64,000 nt of DNA from Mobula hypostoma (taxonomy: Eukaryota): the NCBI RefSeq assembly GCF_963921235.1, contig NC_086108.1, forward strand, positions 107,944,001-108,008,000, read 5' to 3'. Position numbers and translations under genes: made by a program. The notes beneath the pieces are model-generated. The model ran no database searches and was not told the DNA's origin. It was given only the letters and a program-made list of their open reading frames with translations. Every line of letters starts with the position of its first letter. Position 1 is the first letter of the stretch. Below, piece by piece: positions 25,741 to 38,215 of the stretch.

Positions 25741-26298
25741 AACTCAGTGGCCACTTTATTAGGTGCACCTGTACAGCTGCTCGCTAATACAAATATTTAA
25801 TCAGCCAATCATGTAGCAGCAACTCAATGCATAGAGACATGGTCAAGCATTCAGTTGTTGTTCAGGCCAAACATCAGAATGGGGAAGAAATGCGATCTAA
25901 GCGACTTTGACCATGGAATGATTGTTGGTGCCAGACGGGGTGGTTTGAGTATCTCAGAAGCTGCTGATCTCCTGGGATTTTCATGCACAACTGTCTCTAG
26001 AGTTTACAGAGAATGGTATGAAAAACAAAACAACATCTAGTGAGTGGCAGATCTGGGGATGAAAGCAACTTGTTAATGACTGGGGTCAGAGGAGAATGGC
26101 CAGACTGGTTCAAGCTGACAGGAAGGCAACAGCAGTTCAACTAATCACACATTACAACAGTGGTGTGCAGAAGAGCATCTCTGAACGTACAAAATATCGA
26201 ACCTTGAAGTGGATGGGCTACAACAAGAGGCCACGAATGAGCACTTAGTAGTCACTTCATTAGGTACAGGAGGTACCTAATAAAGTGGCCACAGGGTG
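25741..26298 (+). mobile_element. Internally deleted Tc1/mariner element (MITE)
   Basis: TIR ACTCAGTGGCCACTTTATTAGGT / ACCTAATAAAGTGGCCACAGGGTG, TA flanks. Encodes a Tc1 N-terminal HTH: MGKKCDLSDFDHGMIVGARRGGLSISEAADLLGFSCTTVSRVYREW. Confidence 0.9.
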
Positions 26299-26639
26299 TA
26301 TATATTTCTTATTGTAACTTTATGTATTGCAATGTATTATTGCCACAAACAACAAAATTCATGACAAATTCCAGTGATGTTAAACCTGATTCTGATCCTG
26401 TTCTCTCCCTACATGGTGAATTTGACAGGGTTTGGTTGAGATGAGAAGAAGGTGCTATTTGAGACATTGCAGACCAGTCTTTGGATGCAACAAAGATGGA
26501 GATAGTGAGGGAGATGTTTGTAAGTGTTAGCAGGCAGGATGTGAGTTTGAGGTATAGATGTGTACCGTAACATAAACACGAGAGATTCTGCAGATGCCAG
26601 AAATCCAGAGCAACAAACACAACCTGCTGCGTAGGTTGA

Positions 26640-27250
26640 CTCTGGTTAAGGCATACGCTGCATTGTCCTTCATCAACTGTGGGATTGCGTTTAAGAGCTG
26701 AGAGGTAATGTTGCAGCTATATAGGACCCTGGTCAGACCCCACTTGGAGCTCTGTTCTGGTTGCCTCATTACAGGAAGGATGTGGAAACTATAGAAAGGG
26801 TGCAGAGGAGATTTACAAGGATATTGCCTGGAATGGGGAGCATGCCTTATGAGAATAGGTTGAGTGAACTCGGCCTTTTCTCCTGGGAACGGTGGGGGAT
26901 GAGAGGTGACGTGATAGAGGTGTATAAGGTGATGAGAGGCATTGATGGTTTGGAAGTCAGGGGCTTTTACCCAGGGCTGGAATAGCTAACACGAAAGGGC
27001 ACAGTTTTAAGGTGCTTGGAAGTAGGTACAGAGGAGATGTCAGGGGTAAGTTTTTCATGCAGAGAGTGGTGAGTGCATGGAATGGGTTGCTGGTGGCATT
27101 GGTGGAGGCGAAAACGATAGGGTCTTTTAAGAGACTCCTAGATAGGTACATGGAGGTTAGAAAAATAGAGGGCTATGGGTAACCCTAGGTAATTTCTAAA
27201 GTAAGGACATGTTCGGCACAGCATCGTGGGCTGACGGGACTTGTATTGTG
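26640..27250 (+). mobile_element. CR1 LINE 3' end
   Basis: LQLYRTLVRPHLE...PHYRKDVETIERVQRRFTRILPG...RGDVIEVYKVMRGID. Confidence 0.9.
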
Positions 27251-27720
27251 CTGGCGGTCAGGCAACATCTATGGAGGGAAAAAACAGTCAACTTTTTGTG
27301 TCGAGTCCCTTCATCAGGACTCCTTCATAGATCCTCCAGCAGTTTGTGTGTGTGCAGATTACTTCCAGCATCTCTTTACAGATGTGTTGATGATTCGGAA
27401 CCAGGTGTATTATGACAGACTTATCTGATGTGAAATTTGTTGTTTATCGGCAGCAAAGACAGAAAGTTACTGTAAATTACAAAATGCACAATGAGTCATT
27501 TGGAGAGGTACATGGATGGGAGGGCTATGGAGCACTATGGTCCAGCTGCGGTCCAGGCAGAATATTAATTCAGCTCAAACTAGGTGGGCCAAAGGTGTTC
27601 TCTTCTGTGCTGTAGTACTCAATGACATAAATAGCGAAAACAAAGGCATATTGAGGTAGTGTTCATGGTTCATGAACTCCTCAGCAATCTGATGGCAGAG
27701 GGGAAGAAGTTGTTTCTTAC

Positions 27721-28229
27721 CATAGAAACCATAGAAACTACAGCACAGAAACAGGCCTTTTGGCCCTTCTTGGCTGTGCCGAACCATTTTCTGCCTAGTT
27801 CCACTGACCTGCACACAGACCACATCCCTCCATACACCTCCCATCCATGTATCTGTCCAATTTATTCTTAAATGTTAAAAAAGAACCCGCATTTATCACC
27901 TCGTCTGGCAGCTCATTCCATACTCCCACCACTCTCTGTGTGAAGAAGCCCTCCCCAATGTTCCCTTTAAACTTCTCCCCCCTCACTCTTAACCCATGTC
28001 CTCTGGTTTTTTTCTCCCCTTGCCTCAGTGGAAAAAGCCTGCTTGCATTCACTCTATCAAAACCCATCATAATTTTATATACCTCTATCAAATCTCCCCT
28101 CCTTCTTCTACGCTCCAGGGAATAAAGTCCTAACCTATTCAACCTTTCTCTGTAACTGAGTTTCTCAAGTCCCAGCAACATCCTTGTAAACCTTCTCTGC
28201 ACTCTTTCAACCTTATTTATATCCTTCCT
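27721..28229 (-). mobile_element. Relatively young CR1 LINE 3' end
   Basis: Open ORF2 C-terminus QRRFTRMLLGLEKLSYRERLNRLGLYSLERRRRRGDLIEVYKIM...FFTQRVVGVWNELP with a (TTTCTATGG)n tail; inserted into a Rex1-like fragment. Confidence 0.92.
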
Positions 28230-28699
28230 TCTTAATCGTTGAATGTGAGTTTTCAGGCTCCTTTCACCATAACCTGTTCCTTCAACACCCCTGAGAGATT
28301 ACACTGCCCCCCTGTACTCTAGGGGCAATTTGCAATGCCACATTAACTTACCGACCCACATGTGTTTGAGATCTGGGAGGAACGTGGCGCTCCCAGGTAG
28401 TCCCATGGATGTCCTGCGTAGTTGGGATTGAACCCAGCCAATCGAGCCACTGCCTCGCTGCACTGGCCATCCAAGTTCAAGCTCAATCTTCAGTGCTTTC
28501 CTTGTGGAGTTTGCATGCTCTCTCCCGTGACTGTGTGGGTTTCAACCCTGGTGCTCAGATTTTCTCCCACGAGGGTGGGGATCAAAGACATGTGGGTTGG
28601 TGGCTTAATTTGCCTGTAGTATTTCAATAAGAGTTAATAATTGGGGGCATGTGGGAGGGTCATATTTGTGTAAAAAGGGAGATTAATTGTTGGCAAGTG

Positions 28700-29012
28700 C
28701 CAATAGTGGGGGAGTGTAGCAGCAGAGGGCACAGCCTCAGAGTACAAGGACTTTCCTTTAGAACAGAGATGAGGAGGAATTTTTTTAGCCAGAGGGTAGT
28801 GAAATAGTGGAATTCATTGCAGCAGATGGCTGTGGAGGCCAAGTCATTGGATATATTTAATGTTGAGGTTGATAGGTTCTTGATTAGTCAGGGTGTCAAA
28901 GGTTACAAGGAGAAGGCAGGAGAATGAGATTGAGATGGATAATACATCAGCCATGATCAAATGGCAGAGCAGACTCGAGAGGTCAAATGGCCTCATTCCT
29001 ATATCGTATGGT
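28700..29012 (+). mobile_element. CR1 LINE 3' end
   Basis: AGAGGGCACAGCCTCAGA...GAGGAGGAATTTTTTTAGCCAGAGG...GGAGAAGGCAGGAGAAT. Confidence 0.85.
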
Positions 29013-29018
29013 AATTTT

Positions 29019-29382
29019 GGGTGACAGGGTGGAGATACGTCTCTGCCAAAGGAGGTGTAAGGCGCTCATTCCCTCCGCTGGCTTGCAGGTCATCCTTGGG
29101 CAAGGTGTAGCACCTGCTTCGATCCTGATCAGGATCACTGCTCACATGGTCATGTGAGCTGCTGGTGCATATCACAGGTCCTAGTTATGTGATCACTGAT
29201 GCCAGAGAGAAAGTCTCTGAAGAGTATTGATAACGGCTGGGGTCATCCGTCTTGTAAAGGCACTGCCCAGGAGAAGGGAATGGCAAACCACTTCTGTAGA
29301 AAAATTTGCCAAAAACAGTCGTGGTCATGGAAAGACCGTGACCGCCCACGTCATACAACATGGCACATAAGGAACGAATGAT
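29019..29382 (+). mobile_element. Non-autonomous RTE/BovB-related short retroposon (family B)
   Basis: Contains GGAGAAGGGAATGGCAAACCACTTC (Bov-A/RTE-like motif). Second copy at ~48499-48848 with an (ATG)n tail. Confidence 0.7.
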
Positions 29383-30114
29383 CAATCGATTCTATAGCTT
29401 TATAGCATAGACCTGATGGGCCAAAGGGCCTGTTCCTGTGCTCTGTGGTTCTGCTGCTGCTAAAGCCAGTGATCTGAGCCTTTGTAATCAGAGCACTGAA
29501 GGAAAAGGCCTATAAAACCCATAATGACTGTCAAACCCATAAAGAATGCTTGGAATGGAAATAACAAGGTGGAACAAATTGATGACCACAATGGTCTCTG
29601 TGCTAATAGATCTGGGACTTCAGGGAGGTCCCCACACATCATCCTGCAGATGCTACCTGCTTGGTACATCTTTGTTCCCTCTCTCTCACCCCACCTCCCA
29701 CCTCCTACATCTCTCCCTCTGGGCACAGATGTTTGCAGGCTGCCAGTCATTCTGGCTTCCTAGGAATCTCCAGGAGAAAAAGATAAGCCTTGCAGAGCCT
29801 TGACAAAAACCCGAGGGGGCTAACTCAAAGAGGATTTCCGTGTGCCTTTGCATGGAGCAGGTTTGCTGTGTGGTAGTAGGGAAGGATGGGGGGTGGGGGG
29901 AATCATACAGAGAGGTTGCTGGGTACATAGAATGTGCTGCCAGAGGAAGCTGTAGAAACAGCTACAATTTCAGTATTTAAAAGACTCTTAGACAGGTACG
30001 TGGATAGGAAAGTTCAGGGGGAAAGGGGCCAAATGATGGCAAGTGGGTCTAACTCAACTAGACATCTTAGTAAGCATGGATGAGCTGGGCAGAGGGGCCT
30101 GTTTTGTGCTACAT

Positions 30115-30325
30115 AACTATCTATTTCTCTCGCCATGTATCTATCTAGCCAGCCACATACAACTATCTATCTAACCGCATACATCTATCTATCCAGCTAC
30201 ATATATCTATCTATACAACCACGTACTGTATATCCATCTATCTATCCAGCCAGCTGTCTGTCTGTCTACCTATATCTATCTATTCAGCCAGCTAGCTATC
30301 TTGCTAGTTTGCTGTAGCTATCTGG
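30115..30325. repeat. Degenerate (ATCT)n low-complexity tract
   Basis: Read directly. Confidence 0.85.
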
Positions 30326-30874
30326 ATATTACAGTTTGAAAGACAGGAGATTTCCTTCCTTCTTAGCCTCTCTGTAGAAGTACATCATCGCAGATAACCT
30401 AAAGCTAACTTGAGTCGCTCTATGTTGTGACTTCAGAAACTCTGAGATAAGAGGTGTCTTCAGAACCACCACCCACAGCAGCTCCTGTCATTGGCGGGGA
30501 CAGCAGTAGGATTTTGTGAATAAAACATGCGAGAGTCGTTTTACGTACTTAGCAAAATTGCAGGCCTTTACTTGCATCGCGAACAAACCAAAAAGAGTCA
30601 GATTATGCTGATGTCGTTACGTCAGAGCCTGTCTCTTAAAGTGAACACAGCAACTCTATGAGGGAGGTTGTGAATTATGTAGAGCAGTTTCTATTTTGAA
30701 CAATGTGTGTCATCTGTCACTGTGGGTAAGAACAATGTCAGTCTCAACAGCTTTGCCCCACTCTGTAATCATCCTTCTGTCCACGAGAGGCAAACACTTC
30801 CAACTCTCTGGAATTTGTTTTCCTTTAAGGTTTATGACTCAGATTTACTGTTCTCTGCTCTTTTTTTTAAAGAC

Positions 30875-31290
30875 CATAAGGCATGGGAGAAGAAATAGGC
30901 CATTCGGCCCATCGAGTCTGCTCCATCATTGCACCATGACTGATTTATTATCCCTCTCAATCCGTTCTCCTGCTCCCGTAACCTCTGACACTACTACTAA
31001 TCAAGAACCCATCAACTGCTGCTTCAAATACACCCAATGACTTGGCTGCCACAGTTGTCTTTGCAATGAATTCCACAGATTCACTACCTTCTGACTAAAG
31101 AAACTCCTCCTCATCTCTGTTCTGAAGAGACCTCCTTCTATTCTGAGACTGTACCCTCTGCCCTAGATTCTTCCACAATTAGAAACATCCTCTCCACACC
31201 CTCTCCATTTTGGCCTTTCAATATTTGAGGGGTTTCAATGAGATCCCCCACCCCTCATTCTTCCAAACTCCAGCAAGTACAGGTCCAGAG
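30875..31290 (-). mobile_element. CR1 LINE 3' end
   Basis: Reverse complement of the 18370/28700-type fragment. Confidence 0.85.
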
Positions 31291-33747
31291 CATCTTGTAC
31301 ACCTCTTTCAAGTCACCTTTATACTCCATAGATGCTACCTGACCTGCTGAGTTCCTCCACCAATCTGTGTGTGTTGTCCTGTAGAGAGACTCAGTTAATA
31401 TTTCAGGTCAGTAACTTTTCTTAGAAGTGTAGGAACACATCTTATAGAAACAAATCCTTTTAGTCCAGCCCACACTGGCCCTGATACCTCTCTATTCTAG
31501 TACTATTTGGCTGCACTAGGCCATAAGCCCATAGGACATAGGAGCAGAATTAGGCCATTCAGCCCATTGAGTCTACTCTGCCATTCCATTATAGCTGATT
31601 TATTATCTCTCTCAACCCCATTCTCCTGCCTTCTCCCCATAACCTGTGATGCCCTGACTATCAACCTCCACTTCAAGTATACCCAATGACTTGGCCTACA
31701 CAGTAATGAATTCTGCAGAATCACCACCCCTGGCTAAATGAATTCCTTCTCATATCTGTCCTTGTAGAACTTGACTTTGTCCTTAACTTGATGTTGAGTC
31801 ACTTTTGGGTCTATTTATTTTACAAGCATTTAATAAACAATTTCAATGCAAAAGGCTACATATAAAAGAGACTGCAGATATTGGGAGATGAAGCATCATA
31901 CAAGATGCTGGAGGAATTCAGCAGGTCAGACAACATCCGTGGAGGGGAATGGACAGTTGAGATCTTTCATGTGCACTGGAAGATCAAGGGGAGATAGGTA
32001 ACTTGCAGAGGTGAAACCAGATGGAGCGCCATGTTAGGGCAAAGCCTTTACAGTTCCTAGCATTCCAGAGTTCCATGATCAATTCCAGCCACGTCTGTAA
32101 GGCATTTGTCCATTCTCCTTTTGAACAACGCGGTGCCCCAGTTTCTTCTCACAGTCCAAAGACATACCAGATTGTAGGTTAATTGGTCATTGTAAATTTT
32201 CCTGTGATTACACTGGGCTTTATTAGCACATCACTTGTATCTGATTCCAGACCTTGCTTGCTGTCTAGTTCAGCTACTGAGTGAAAGAGCTTGACATGAC
32301 ACAGTGGGGATAACACACAGTCAATATTTCAAGCACTTGCATCTCGTTCTTCCTTGCTGTTTGACAGAGATGTTAACTTGCCTAATGTGGGACATCATGG
32401 TAGCTTAGCGGTTAGCGCAACTCCACGACAGCCTGAGGTGATTTGGAGTTCAAAGTTCAATTGCGACGCCATCGGTAAGAATTTTGTACATTTTCCTTGT
32501 AATTGTGAAGGTCTCCTCCGGATGCTATGGTTTCCTCCCACACAGTCCAAAGACATACCAGTTAGTAGGTTACTTGGTAATTGTAAATTATCAGTGGTCA
32601 GCCTACAGTTAAATAGATGGGTTGCTGGGTAGCACACCTCATTAGGCTGGAAGGGCTGGTTTTGCGCCGAATCTCACGATAAATAAATAAATTTGAGCTG
32701 CAGGCGAATAAAAAAGCATATGAAACTATATAGGTGTCTATAAGGAACTCATTACCTCACAGCCAATTAACTGCTTTTGAGACTTGATCGTGGCTGAAAT
32801 GCTAGAAATGGTTCGTTTGAGCACAGCAAGATCCCATTAATCTGGAGTTCAGAGGAATGAAGGGGGAATCGCATTGAAACCTATCAAATACTGAAGGGAC
32901 TGATTAGTGTGGATGAGGAGAGGGTGTTTCCTATGGTGAGCGTGTCCAGGACCAGAGGGCACAGCTTCAGAATAGAGGGGCATCCTTTTAGAATGGTGCC
33001 GAAGAGGAATTTCTTTAGCTAGAGAGTGGTGAATCTGTGGAATTCATTGCCACAGATGGCCGTGGAGGTCACGTCAATGGGTATATTTCAAAGTTCAAAG
33101 TAAATTTATTGTCAAAGTGTGTATATACAGTATATATCACCATATAAAACCCTGAGATTCATTTTCCTGTGGGCATACTCAATAAATCTACAGAATTATT
33201 ACCAACGAAAGACCACACCCACTGGGGCAATCAACTAGTGTGCAAAAGACAGCAAACTGTGCAAATACAAAAAGAAATAACTAAGCATAAGTATTGAGAC
33301 CATGACATGAAAAGTTCTTGAAAGTGAGTCTGTAGGTTGTGGGAACATTTCACTGATGAGGCAAGTGAAGTTTAAAGTAGAGTTGATAAGTGTCTTATAA
33401 ATCAGACATGATGAAACAATGGTAAAGACTTGATGAGCCGAATGGCCCAATTCTCCTCCTATGTTTTATAGTCTTATTAATGATATTATGTAAGTAAGCA
33501 GTTAATCTGTTTAAGTTGAGACTTGTAGATTGGCTAAGAAGGCTAACATTATTGCTCTCAGTGATAATGTGGTAACGATCTTTCAGGCTGAGTCTGTAGA
33601 CTGAAAGTGACGGGTGCTTTGACATTGCGTTTATATCTGAGCAGCATCTCAGGCCTTTCCTTCACTCTCCCTCTCGTGAGTCCCCCCTCCAGGATCCGAA
33701 TCAGGGTTATTGTCGCCATCTTAAGTCATGAAATTTGTTTGTTTTCA

Positions 33748-33975
33748 GGTGGCACAGTAGTGTAGCGGTTAGCACAAAGCTTTACAGAATCATTGACCCG
33801 GGTTCAATTCCCACCACTGCATATAAGGAGTTTGTACGTTCTCCCCATGACCACGTGGTTTCCTCCAGATGCTCCGGTTTCCTCCCACAGTCCAAAGATG
33901 TACCGGTGAGTAGGTTAATTGGCTATTATAAGTTGTCCCTTGATTAGGTAAGGATCAAATTGGGGGATTGCTGGG
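33748..33975 (+). mobile_element. V-SINE (best-preserved copy; others at ~17490-17730-, 24980-25260-, 32390-32680+, 38770-39060+, 42480-42685-, 51250-51520+, 55390-55650-)
   Basis: A box TAGTGTAGCGG, B box GGTTCAATTCC, V domain GGAGTTTGTACGTTCTCCCCATGACCACGTGGTTTCCTCCAGATGCTCCGGTTTCCTCCCACAGTCCAAAGA. Confidence 0.85.
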
Positions 33976-34279
33976 CTGAGTTTGTCAATAAATAATAATA
34001 AAAATAAGTCAATAGTGCAGAAGTAGAAAGGTGAGTTCATGGACTGTTGAGAAATGTGATGGCGGAGGGGGAGAAGCCGAGATGTCCTTGAAGTGTTCAG
34101 GCTCCTGTATCTCCTCCAGGTTGATTATTTATCAATCTATTATTGGAATACAGTGCAGAATAAGCCCAGGGAAAACGTACAGACTCCTTACAGGCAGCAG
34201 TGGGAAATGAACCGGGTCTCTGGTACTGTAAAGCGTTGTGCTAACCACTACATTGCAGTTCTGCCCTGCTGATAGTAGC

Positions 34280-34500
34280 ATCTTACATCAGTCCTCCATC
34301 CCCACCCACCCACCTCCCACCTCACACCTCACATGGTCTCACCTGTCAGCTTGTATTCCTTCTCCTCCCCTCATCTTATTCTGGCTTCTGTCCCCCTCCT
34401 TTCCAGTCCCGAAGAAGGGCCACGGCCCGAAATGTCAACTGTTTATCCCCCTCCATAAATGCTGCCTGACTTAGTGAATTCTTCCAGCATTTTGTGTGTC
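34280..34500 (+). mobile_element. PLE pseudo-LTR fragment with mutated hammerhead
   Basis: CAGTC-CCGAAGA-AGGGCCACGGCCC-GAAA-TGTC-AACTG followed by the conserved GCTGCCTGAC..TTCCAGCATTTTGTG. Confidence 0.75.
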
Positions 34501-36151
34501 GTACAGTTTAATTTTTACCTTGAAGTCCTAATGATGGCATTGCTGTTGCTGAGAAGATCTCGGCTTGTGTAGAGGCTTAGTGATGATGGCTGACTGAGGG
34601 TAGAGTCTTGGCGATTGATGCTTTGTGTTGATCTGCCCGCTTACCCTTCGAGCAGTTTTTCGCAGAGGACATACTCACCCCACCGTTAACGGAACCAGTG
34701 CAGTTGTTCTCGTTCACTGACAGCTACTGCCCTGCCTCATTGCAACGGAGTTTCTGTCCGTGCTTAATATGATGCACGAAACTCATGGTATGTATATCTG
34801 TGTGTGTGTGTGTTTGTGTGTCTCACATCAGTTTGTGTGTGTATACAAAGCCTGAATGTGGAGCAGTGATTTTATTTTACACAGTAAGAAGATCTAAAAG
34901 AGAAATGTGAACTCACTTTCCTTTTAGTGTTTCTTGGCACGGTAAATGAAACGGCCTGTGTGCCTGTAATGAGTTTGTAGAGAGCAAGAAGCCAGATCCT
35001 GAATAAGGAAAGGCTGCCTGGTGTTGCTTGGCACTTTACTGCAATGTTTACTGTTCTCCGTTCTGCTTGCTGTGCCTTTGAAAGCATTTAGTAGGCTCTG
35101 TAGGAAATGGACATCAAATTAGACCTTTTATCTTGTCGTTTTTTTTCAGCTAGAAATTGCTCACTATTTGCCAGTGGAATGTGTCAACATGACACTCACC
35201 TACAAGCCTAACGCCTCATCTTTCTGTGCGAGTTGTAGACGTGCAGGGAGGGGGTGAATCTGTAGAATGCGTTGCCACAGCCTGTGGAAGTCAAGTCATT
35301 GGGTATATTCAAGGCAAGGTTGATAGATTCTTGATTAGTCAAGGGCATGAAGGGATACAGGGAAAAGGCAGGAGATTGGGGCTGAGAGGGAAATGGATCA
35401 GCCATGAGGAAATGGTGGAGCAGACTTAATGGGCCAAATGGCCTAATTTTTCTCCTATATCTTATGATCATGCGGGTGGAGGTGAGGGGAAACTTACTTG
35501 ACAATGTGTGGTATCATTCTTGATTTGTGTCCTGAAGAAGGATCTTGGCCCGAAACATAAACTGTTTATTCCTTTCCATAGGTGCTGCCTGACCTGCTGA
35601 GTTACTCCAGCATTTTGTGTGTGTTGCTCTAGATTTCCAGCATCTGCAGAATCTTCTGCATTAATGATCTGATTTATGACCAGGTCCTAATCTTCAGTTG
35701 AAAATTCCGAGATTATACTGTAACAGCTGATATAATCCCCTGCTGTAAGTTCTCCTTGGGTCAGTTCCAAGTCACAACATAGTTACAGTGAAGGAGGCTA
35801 TTCGGCCCATCGTGTAAATGATGTCCCTTTCCGGAGCAACTCTCTGGTTTCGCAGGCCCTGTTCCCGAAGCTTTCTTTGATCATTGTGATTGTTATAAAT
35901 GATTAAGAAGACATTTAATGGGTAGGTTAGCAAGGAAGATGAGAGGTGACTTGATCGAGGTGCTTAGAATGGTGAGAGGTTAGATGGAGTGGACGGCCAG
36001 AGACTTTTCCCCAGGGTGGAAATCCATAATACCAGGGGTATAATTTTAAGGTTATTGGAGGGAACTATAAAGGAGATGTCAGAGGTAAGTCTTTACCCAG
36101 GGAATAACACACACAAAATGCTGGAGGAACTCAACAGGTGAGGCAGTTCCA

Positions 36152-36218
36152 CATTACTATGCAAAAGTCTTAGGCACATATCTATCTCTAGGGTGCCTAA
36201 GACTTTTGCACGGTACTG
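36152..36218. mobile_element. 67-bp Tc1-type mini-MITE
   Basis: TIR CATTACTATGCAAAAGTCTTAGGCAC / GTGCCTAAGACTTTTGCACGGTACTG + TA. Confidence 0.8.
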
Positions 36219-36626
36219 TAGTAAGGTTATGTATTCCACTGTACTGTTGCAAAAAAAACCCCAAATTTCTTGACATATGTGAGTACCTGATCCTGGTATG
36301 GGTTTCTGTTGTGGAGTAAAGTGGGAAGGGGGCAGGAAGAGGGGAATCATGGTTGGAAAAGGGGGAAGGGAGAGGGAAGGGATCAGGAAGCACCAGAGGA
36401 ACATTCTGTAATGATCAATGAACCAATTAATTGGAAATAAATGACCTTCCCCGGTGCCCTAGGACTGGGTGTGTCTGCATCTGGCAGACCCCCTGGTCCC
36501 TCTGCCCTGGCACTCCTTCTCTGCCACCTATCCCGCACCCCTTGCACTGTGCTCCACCTCACCACTCCCAGCATCCTTACTCACTTGAGAATTATAAAGT
36601 CGCTCTCCCCTCCAAGTTGACAATTA

Positions 36627-36693
36627 CAGTACTGTGCAAAAGTCCCAGGCACCCTAGGTACATAAATGTGTCTCAGACTTTTGCACAGTACTG
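36627..36693. mobile_element. 67-bp Tc1-type mini-MITE, opposite orientation to 36152-36218
   Basis: TA-CAGTACTGTGCAAAAGTC...GACTTTTGCACAGTACTG-TA. Confidence 0.85.
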
Positions 36694-37909
36694 TATAGGT
36701 AGAAAAAGCAGTTGGGACATTTAAGATAGGCACATGGATAGTAGAAAAATGGAGGGCTCTGTGGAGAAGGGTTAGATTGATCAGAGTAGATTAAAAGATT
36801 GGCACAATATAGTGGACTGACAAGCCTGTACTGTTTCATGAACTATTATATATTCCAATCCCCTGTGAAGATTGTACTTGAATCTGTCTCCACCACATCT
36901 GCAGGCAATGCACTCCACATTCCAAATGCGCATTGCATGAAAAATGCTCCCACTTGTCATCCTTAATTCTCTTCCCCTTTGTTGTATCCCTGTGATCTCC
37001 AGAAATCAACCCTTCCCCCCGTACCCCACCAAAGGGAACTGCCTCCCACTCCCACTCTTTCCAGACGCCTCACTATTTTATACACTTATATCAAGTCTTT
37101 GTTGAGACGTCTCCAAAGAAAACAGTCCCAGACTCTCTAATCTATTCTCATAAGTGTAACCTCTCATCCCAGGAACCATTTCTCATAAATTTTCCTGCAA
37201 CCACTCTAATGTTGTCACACCCTTCCGAAACTGTGGAGATTGGTCTAGGCAGAATAATAGTTTGCCATGGACTAAAGGGGCCAAAGGGCTTTTTCTGTGC
37301 TGTAGGTATCTTGACTCTATGACTAGAATTGAACACAGTATTCCAGTTGAGACTTAAGCCCTGTGATTTGTAAAGGTTCAGTATAAATTCTTGTCTTTAT
37401 ATGTTATACCACTGATGATGCAGCCCAGAGTTGTGTATGTCTTAATTGTGTTCTCAACATCCACTAGCACTCTCATTGATTTTTGCTATGTACCTTGTTT
37501 GCATTGCTCCTCCATCCCTTTTAACACAGTATCCATGTACCTTTTTTCCAAAATGTGTTACCTCCCCTTTCTCCATATTGACCTCATCCACCACCCATCT
37601 GGCCATTCCAGCAGTATGCTCTTAATCCTGGTACAATTGATCACAACTCCACCCTGGACTTCAAACGCAAGTCTTCATCAACCAGAATTTTAGAAATTGG
37701 GGCTTGTGCTCCAAAATCTTGGTGATTTATAAAGCAAAAAGCAATATCTCATCACCAATCTTTGGTGGTTGCTGTGACAAACCTTCCTATAGCTCGAGAA
37801 ACAACCTTTCTTATGTATCATTACACACAATATCAACAGTCAACATTTCGAGACAATACCCTTCCTTAGGACTGGAACGAAGTCTCAGAGCCCAAAACTG
37901 GCAAATTTC

Positions 37910-38215
37910 CCATTACACTGATGGCATTTAGGGTGGCAATGAAAGTCCTCCATCTCTGTCTGTCCTTGGTCATCTTCTCCATTGTGCCCCAGAGCTCCTC
38001 ATTTCTGCCTCTATAGTGCGGCACCAAGTTGTCTTTGGTCTCCTGTGTTTCTTCCCCCTTTTGAGGTCCAATGAAGTGCTGTCTTGGTGATAGAGTTGGC
38101 CTCTCTTCTAATCCCATGTCCAATTCATCACCAGCATTTCCTCAGTGTGATCGTGGCCATGTCCTCTTGGTGACACTGAAGGAGTAGGACATAGTTGGAG
38201 ATGTTTCTTGACCTG
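37910..38215 (-). mobile_element. RTE LINE 3' fragment
   Basis: WGTMEKMTKDRQRWRTFIATLNA C-terminal motif; upstream frameshifted TALHWTSKG..PKTTW remnant. Confidence 0.8.

Noticed and set aside
27795..28202. Host protein-coding gene
   Set aside because: It is the C-terminus of CR1 ORF2 from a 5'-truncated copy.
29195..29225. Hammerhead in family B (CTGATGCC...GAAAG)
   Set aside because: The core is CUGAUGC, not CUGANGA, and it is not conserved in the second copy.
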